Below, piece after piece: positions 58,885 through 64,000 of a stretch of 64,000 bases of DNA. The translations under genes were made by a program, and so were the position numbers. This DNA is from a virus (Duplodnaviria; Caudoviricetes): the IMG/VR virus record IMGVR_UViG_3300008262_000001; one strand, written 5' to 3'. Numbering within the stretch: the stretch's first letter is position 1; the number at the start of each line of letters is the position of its first letter. The notes below the pieces were generated by a model, which was not told where the DNA came from, did not search any database, and saw only the letters and a list, made by a program, of their open reading frames with translations.

Positions 58885-61800
58885 ACCTCTAATTCCTGAG
58901 ATTCTTGTTCAAGATCGAACTTTGATAAAGGTGGAAATCCTAATGTCTTTCTGTTGTCGTAGATTGTACGAATTAGATAGTCGTCTGGATTTACAACTTC
59001 AGGAATTAAGTCTCCCGCAAAAGCTTCTTTGTGGTCTATAACACGAACTTTTCCTTTGTGTTGTGTTTCATAAGTGTTTCCGTTTGCGTCTTGTAATTGA
59101 CAAGAAATGGAATAAAAACCAGGAGTTGTGAATGTCCAAATGAAATATGGAGTTCTTCTAACCTTTACTATTTCTTCACCAGTGTCAGTGTCAGTTAAAA
59201 CCCATGTGTGGTTTTTCTTTCCAGGAATTAAAGAATCAATTGGATTTATGAAAATGGTTGAAGCCAAAGGGATTTCGAATTCTTCTTGATAGAATCTTTC
59301 CTCTTTCCAAGACCAAGAATGTGAACCTAACCAGCTTTGTACAGATCCTATGCTAAGACCTGGATCAAACCTTTCTTTAGGTATTTTCCCAATGAAAGCA
59401 TCGTTAAGTGTTCCTGGAGGAGTTGCGAGGTAGGGGGAGAAATCCGCATTGCCTCTAAATAGTCCAGTGATGTAAACATTTTCTTCGTCGTCAAGAATAA
59501 GATCTGCTCCAGAATCACTATTGACCCCACCTGCAGTTACAATGTCTATCAATAATCCATCCTTGTTGAATTTGGTCAAGTAAATATCAGATCCACCCCT
59601 AGAAACAACAGTATCTGGTGAAAAATATGCTGTAGTTGTGAAGGATCCAGTAATATAAACATTCTCTTGGGAATCACTTTCTATGTCAAAAGCAAAATCC
59701 CCAGAAGCTCCTCCACACATTTTCATCCAAATCAATTTACCAGTTGATAGAAGCTTAATGACAAAAATATCTGATGAAGAAGAGAAAGAAGAAATAGATT
59801 GACCTTCCAATTCAAGTGTTCCTGTAAATGCTCCAGTTACCAAAAGATGTCCATTTGGATCTAATGTGATTGAATTTGTAGAAATCGATGTGGTTGGTGT
59901 TGCAGCCAAAGACTCGGCCCAAAGACACGTTCCACTTCCTGCATCAAATTTTGCAAGGAACATATCAGTAGATCCAACATTTGTAAGTTCGATTCCACCT
60001 AAGTCTATAATTCCTGAAAATATTCCTGAGCAATAAACGTATTCTTCGTTAAGTACTGCGATTTCAAAAACTCTTGATATACTTGATGACTCAATTTGCT
60101 TGACCCAGACATAATCAAAATTGAAGTCAAGTTTAGCGATGAATCCATTAGAATTGGTTGCAGTTAATGTGAATGGCCCAAAGTTAACTGTACCTCTAAA
60201 GCTACCACATATATAAACGTTCTCATATTTGTCAGTTTTAACATCGAAAATAAATCTTGTGCTAGGAACTGATATTGTTAAAGAATTAAGCTGTACACCA
60301 TCCGGACTTATCTTAACTAATTCTAAGGTTGATGATAGTTGATCCTCATATACAACATACAAATTGTTGTAAGCATCTGTTGTTACAGATCTAGAGGTTA
60401 TTAAGTTTCCTGGGCTATTAAGAGAAATTGCCCATTGTAAAACCCCTACCTTATTATACTTAGTGACGTAAACACTTTGCGAGGATTCAGTAAGAGTGAC
60501 TGTGGAAATATTGCTTTTTTCTCCCAAAGTTATTGTTCCTCTGAAATCTCCTATGCCTATAATAAAGCCTTCAGAATCAACTGTAAGTTTAACTCCCTGG
60601 TCATTAAAATTACTTCCAAGTGTTACTACCCATTCGAAATTTTGGAATAAATCATTTGATTTTTTCTGCAGAATTCTTTCTATTTGAGCGTTTCTCCAGT
60701 AACTTTCCTTAGTCGCTTTTCCGCTAATAATATCTCTAAGTGGTGCATATAAGAAGGTATCATTTAAATTTAGAGAAGGGAATTGGTTTTTCAAACTTTC
60801 TAATGAATACCTCTGCCAAGTTGGTTTATACCAAGAATATCTGTCAACAGAAGGAATTTCTGGTCTAACTATATTGGAATCTAAAGTGATGTTGTCATAG
60901 AACGGACCAACTAAGAAATTGAATCCTATTTGGTTGTTTCCTATAGCAGAATTGTAAACATATTTTATTTTAGGAAGGGGCGTCGATGTTTCGTGATAAA
61001 CAAAATCCCAACCATTTGTTCCACTAAACTTAGATGTAGCGTGAATGTGAGGAATAATATAATCTAACTTACCTATTTCTCCAGCTAAAGTTGTAAATAT
61101 TAAATTTCTAGGGAAAGTTGTTTCTCCATTCTTAATAGTTTTCCAGGGTGCTGAAAGAGCAGATTTTCCGTAAACATTTGGACAAGGATCAATAGGAGTT
61201 GATCCATCGTTTCTATATAGAACCTGAGTGAAGAAGTAACCATCAAAGAAATAAAGCTCAGATGAAGAAGGTGCTGTTTCAATAGCAAACCAGATATTTC
61301 CGTTGCCTGTTTCAACTATGTTTGTAAAGTTACCAACAGAAATCTCAGGATTAGTTGAATTGTTCCAAACTGCCCATCTTTCCTCGTCCCAATAAGCTAA
61401 TCCGTTATCAGTTCCTATCCATTTATGATTTAGTGAATCGAGTTCAATTGAATAAACATCATTAGAAGGAATACCAGAACTGGATGTATTGAAGTTTCTG
61501 AAGTTAACCCCATCAAATCTAATAAGTCCAGCATTTTCAGTAGCTATCCATAAATACCATTTAGTGAATGAATAATATTCCAGTCGTAAATCTCTAATAA
61601 TATCATCACCAAGATCTGAATTGGAAGGAGTAAAGAGTTTCCAAGATTTTCCAAATCCATCATAGTAAAGAAGTCCATTATAGGAAGGTGATGTATTTGA
61701 AATAAAAGCTGCAAAAATATCCCCTGATTGTGGATTAATCTCAATAACTTTAATACTTGAGTTAGCATCTGGACAAACCATATTCCCCTGATTGTCTATG

Positions 61801-64000
61801 AATTCTGTTAAATCATAAGCATAATTTTCTTCTGGAGCATTGTCATTTATTTTAACCAGAGGTTTGTCAGTGTTCTCAACACCTATCCATTTAACATCAT
61901 TGCTATCGATTTTGATGCAATTAGTTTGTACCGCTATTCCAGGAATAGGACTGTTAGTACTATTGTATGTTTCGAAATTGGCACCATCAAATCTGATTAA
62001 ATCCTCTCCCGTAACCCAAATATCCCCATCACCGTCCCAAGCAATTCCTGTTGGTTCAATTATAACTGGTGAATATGAAGGAATAGCCCAGAAGTTCGAT
62101 GTCACATTTCTTGGCCCTGGAGTTGTAGTGATATCAGGAGAAATGAGGTTTCCTTCAGGATCTTCTGGTAATTCAGAATATCCTCTTACCACATAATCAA
62201 ATCTTTGTATGTTTTCGTCTTCTGACAAATTCAATTGATTAGCAGCTTCGAAAAGATCTAGGTATGAATTTCCGGGCGAATCAGTCTCAGTAAAGACAAT
62301 ACCATTGGTTTGTTCAGAAACTCTTACTCTATCTCCATATTGCAGAGAATAGAGATCGAATCCGCCCAACCAGTCGTTGTGATAATCATACATGTCCCAA
62401 GTGTGGGCATATGCTTTTGCAAACTCGAAATCTTCGAAGGTGTCCCAGCAAAGTTTTTTCGTTCCCCAATATTTCATTTCTGCTTTCGGAAGTGCCCCGA
62501 AATCATATTCAACATACTCTTCAGTTTGATTAGAACCTCCAGAGAATGTTGTTGATAATGGAGATGCATGGATTGATCCAGAGACCTGCACTACTAAGCT
62601 CTTACCATTCCATAGTGATCCTGAGTCATTAGGAGCTTGTATAACGAATGTTTTATCACCTGAAGTGATTATTGAATCAGTTAAGCTAATGATCTTGTAT
62701 TTGGGCTGTAATACAGAATTATTAATGGCACTGTATATTACACTGGATGTTGATTCAATATCTCCTTGAAAATTACAATCAGCAATCTTAATTGAATCAG
62801 CAAATATTTTTATATTTCCTGGACCAAAAGCAGAGCCACCACTAATGGGAGTTATTACAATTTCTGGAATCTGGAAAGTTGTTGATGAAAGAACATTGAT
62901 TACAAACTGTCCATAGGGATCATCTGAAGAATCTAAAATCCAAACAGTGTCACCTGTTGTGTATCCATGAGCAGATGTTGTTGTAACAACTGCAAGGGAG
63001 TAACCTCCATCAACTAATGTGCTTTCGATTGTTGAAACAGCAACTGAATCCACTCCCATCTCAAAAGTTGTTGTGGCTTTAACTTCTGCTATTTTAGAAA
63101 GTACCTCACAACTTTGACCCTCATTGAAGTTATTTGAATATTCAGGGAAATTTTGGATAAAGTCAGAAATAAGACTTGTTTCGTCCGTGTTTTCAACAGG
63201 CCAGATCCATTGTGATGGATAACTTTCCCATTTCAAAGGCATATTTTCCCAATCGTACTTTTCAGATTGTCTAAACCTAGTTATGGTGTTCAATTCAATC
63301 TCTCTTTTTCCGACAGTGATTACGCTTCTTTTAATGCCTAACGAAATGGAATTTAAAGTGTCCCAAACTCTACACTTGACATTATAATCTCCAGTATAAG
63401 GAAGAAAGTGAACTATTGTTTCTAATTCAGGAAGACCCCCTCTAATTTGGAAATAATAAGGTCTATCATCTTCTTTGTAAATTGTCCACTCAATTTCATA
63501 AAAATCTAAGTAAGGTAACCTTGACCAAGAGTAAAATCCTCCCGAATTTACATAGTTTTGGAAGTAAGTAAAACTATAGGAAGAGAAAGTCAAATTGGTA
63601 GGACTAACATTCCAGCTCGAATAGCTTCCTGATCCTCTGGTGCTTATTACCTGAATAGTTATTAAACCAGTAGCGGTGTCATACCCACCAGGAATAACAT
63701 ATCCCAAACAAAGATTACCAGGGGAAGTATCAGATTCAACTCTAACAAACACATTATCTGAAGAAGCAGAAAACCAATCGTTTCCAGAACCGATATTAAG
63801 TAAAAGAGTTTGTGGAAAGGTATAGCTTAATTCAAAACTTGTGGCTGATGTTACTGTTTGAAAAGGAGTACCAGGATTGCTTTGAATGGTTCCAGTGTAA
63901 CTTGCTATGTCAAATAAATCTGTTGTGATAGTTGGATCTAAAGTTTCCCAAGTAGCACTTATTTCGTCCCAGGCCAGATCAAAAGTTGAATCAGTTATAA
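58881..64000 (-). CDS. Giant (>1700 aa) putative virion protein with Reg_prop-like and SBBP-like beta-propeller repeats; starts outside the window
   Basis: The frame stays open from 63752 to the window end. Repeats such as FNTSSSGIPSNDVYSI..D....WIGTDNGL and G.SDI(F/Y)..K.D..G...W. Confidence 0.8.
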   Translation of the reverse strand, partial: ITDSTFDLAWDEISATWETLDPTITTDLFDIASYTGTIQSNPGTPFQTVTSATSFELSYTFPQTLLLNIGSGNDWFSASSDNVFVRVESDTSPGNLCLGYVIPGGYDTATGLITIQVISTRGSGSYSSWNVSPTNLTFSSYSFTYFQNYVNSGGFYSWSRLPYLDFYEIEWTIYKEDDRPYYFQIRGGLPELETIVHFLPYTGDYNVKCRVWDTLNSISLGIKRSVITVGKREIELNTITRFRQSEKYDWENMPLKWESYPSQWIWPVENTDETSLISDFIQNFPEYSNNFNEGQSCEVLSKIAEVKATTTFEMGVDSVAVSTIESTLVDGGYSLAVVTTTSAHGYTTGDTVWILDSSDDPYGQFVINVLSSTTFQIPEIVITPISGGSAFGPGNIKIFADSIKIADCNFQGDIESTSSVIYSAINNSVLQPKYKIISLTDSIITSGDKTFVIQAPNDSGSLWNGKSLVVQVSGSIHASPLSTTFSGGSNQTEEYVEYDFGALPKAEMKYWGTKKLCWDTFEDFEFAKAYAHTWDMYDYHNDWLGGFDLYSLQYGDRVRVSEQTNGIVFTETDSPGNSYLDLFEAANQLNLSEDENIQRFDYVVRGYSELPEDPEGNLISPDITTTPGPRNVTSNFWAIPSYSPVIIEPTGIAWDGDGDIWVTGEDLIRFDGANFETYNSTNSPIPGIAVQTNCIKIDSNDVKWIGVENTDKPLVKINDNAPEENYAYDLTEFIDNQGNMVCPDANSSIKVIEINPQSGDIFAAFISNTSPSYNGLLYYDGFGKSWKLFTPSNSDLGDDIIRDLRLEYYSFTKWYLWIATENAGLIRFDGVNFRNFNTSSSGIPSNDVYSIELDSLNHKWIGTDNGLAYWDEERWAVWNNSTNPEISVGNFTNIVETGNGNIWFAIETAPSSSELYFFDGYFFTQVLYRNDGSTPIDPCPNVYGKSALSAPWKTIKNGETTFPRNLIFTTLAGEIGKLDYIIPHIHATSKFSGTNGWDFVYHETSTPLPKIKYVYNSAIGNNQIGFNFLVGPFYDNITLDSNIVRPEIPSVDRYSWYKPTWQRYSLESLKNQFPSLNLNDTFLYAPLRDIISGKATKESYWRNAQIERILQKKSNDLFQNFEWVVTLGSNFNDQGVKLTVDSEGFIIGIGDFRGTITLGEKSNISTVTLTESSQSVYVTKYNKVGVLQWAISLNSPGNLITSRSVTTDAYNNLYVVYEDQLSSTLELVKISPDGVQLNSLTISVPSTRFIFDVKTDKYENVYICGSFRGTVNFGPFTLTATNSNGFIAKLDFNFDYVWVKQIESSSISRVFEIAVLNEEYVYCSGIFSGIIDLGGIELTNVGSTDMFLAKFDAGSGTCLWAESLAATPTTSISTNSITLDPNGHLLVTGAFTGTLELEGQSISSFSSSSDIFVIKLLSTGKLIWMKMCGGASGDFAFDIESDSQENVYITGSFTTTAYFSPDTVVSRGGSDIYLTKFNKDGLLIDIVTAGGVNSDSGADLILDDEENVYITGLFRGNADFSPYLATPPGTLNDAFIGKIPKERFDPGLSIGSVQSWLGSHSWSWKEERFYQEEFEIPLASTIFINPIDSLIPGKKNHTWVLTDTDTGEEIVKVRRTPYFIWTFTTPGFYSISCQLQDANGNTYETQHKGKVRVIDHKEAFAGDLIPEVVNPDDYLIRTIYDNRKTLGFPPLSKFDLEQESQELEV

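Noticed and set aside
1579-62555. Numerous 60-140 aa plus-strand and off-frame minus-strand ORFs in the track (e.g. 1579..1896, 4667..5080, 11428..11820, 27379..27708, 28494..28814, 43939..44355)
   Set aside because: They lie wholly inside longer ORFs with recognisable motifs, show antisense-type composition and have no motifs; they are shadow ORFs.
1-64000. CRISPR arrays, tRNA genes, rRNA and IS elements
   Set aside because: No regularly spaced repeats, tRNA-like sequences or transposase motifs were seen; intergenic gaps are almost all under 110 nt.

Overview
AT-rich, densely coding segment of a large T4-like (myovirus-type) jumbo phage genome, almost entirely on the minus strand and using the standard code. 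A Bacteroidota host is inferred from DUF4494-like, Hc1-like, short-LID Adk and Reg_prop/SBBP-like genes and from mostly SD-less A-rich leaders. The left half holds replication, nucleotide and repair genes: a PolB in at least three pieces, a sliding clamp, type II topoisomerase, nrdA/nrdB, a dCTPase/dUTPase, Adk, UvsE, an MBD4-like glycosylase, DnaJ and Hsp20. The middle holds a MoxR-vWA-metallopeptidase module, a degenerate RNA-ligase/nucleotidyltransferase fusion and a uvsW-uvsY-primase-gp32-RuvC block. The right half holds large virion structural genes and phoH. Main observations: (1) two fractured genes within 4.6 kb, where a naturally split intein brackets a free-standing endonuclease ORF (GyrA/gp52-like topoisomerase at HHGD|S, PolB at YGDTD|S); (2) PolB is also split at the fingers tip into genes about 19 kb apart; (3) about 12 unrelated proteins share an N-terminal MK..F.EF(L/V)NE tag resembling the T4 capsid-targeting sequence, and most sit just downstream of a GATATATA motif (putative late promoter), suggesting a large packaged enzyme cargo. 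Family assignments come from motif recognition by eye; no searches were run.
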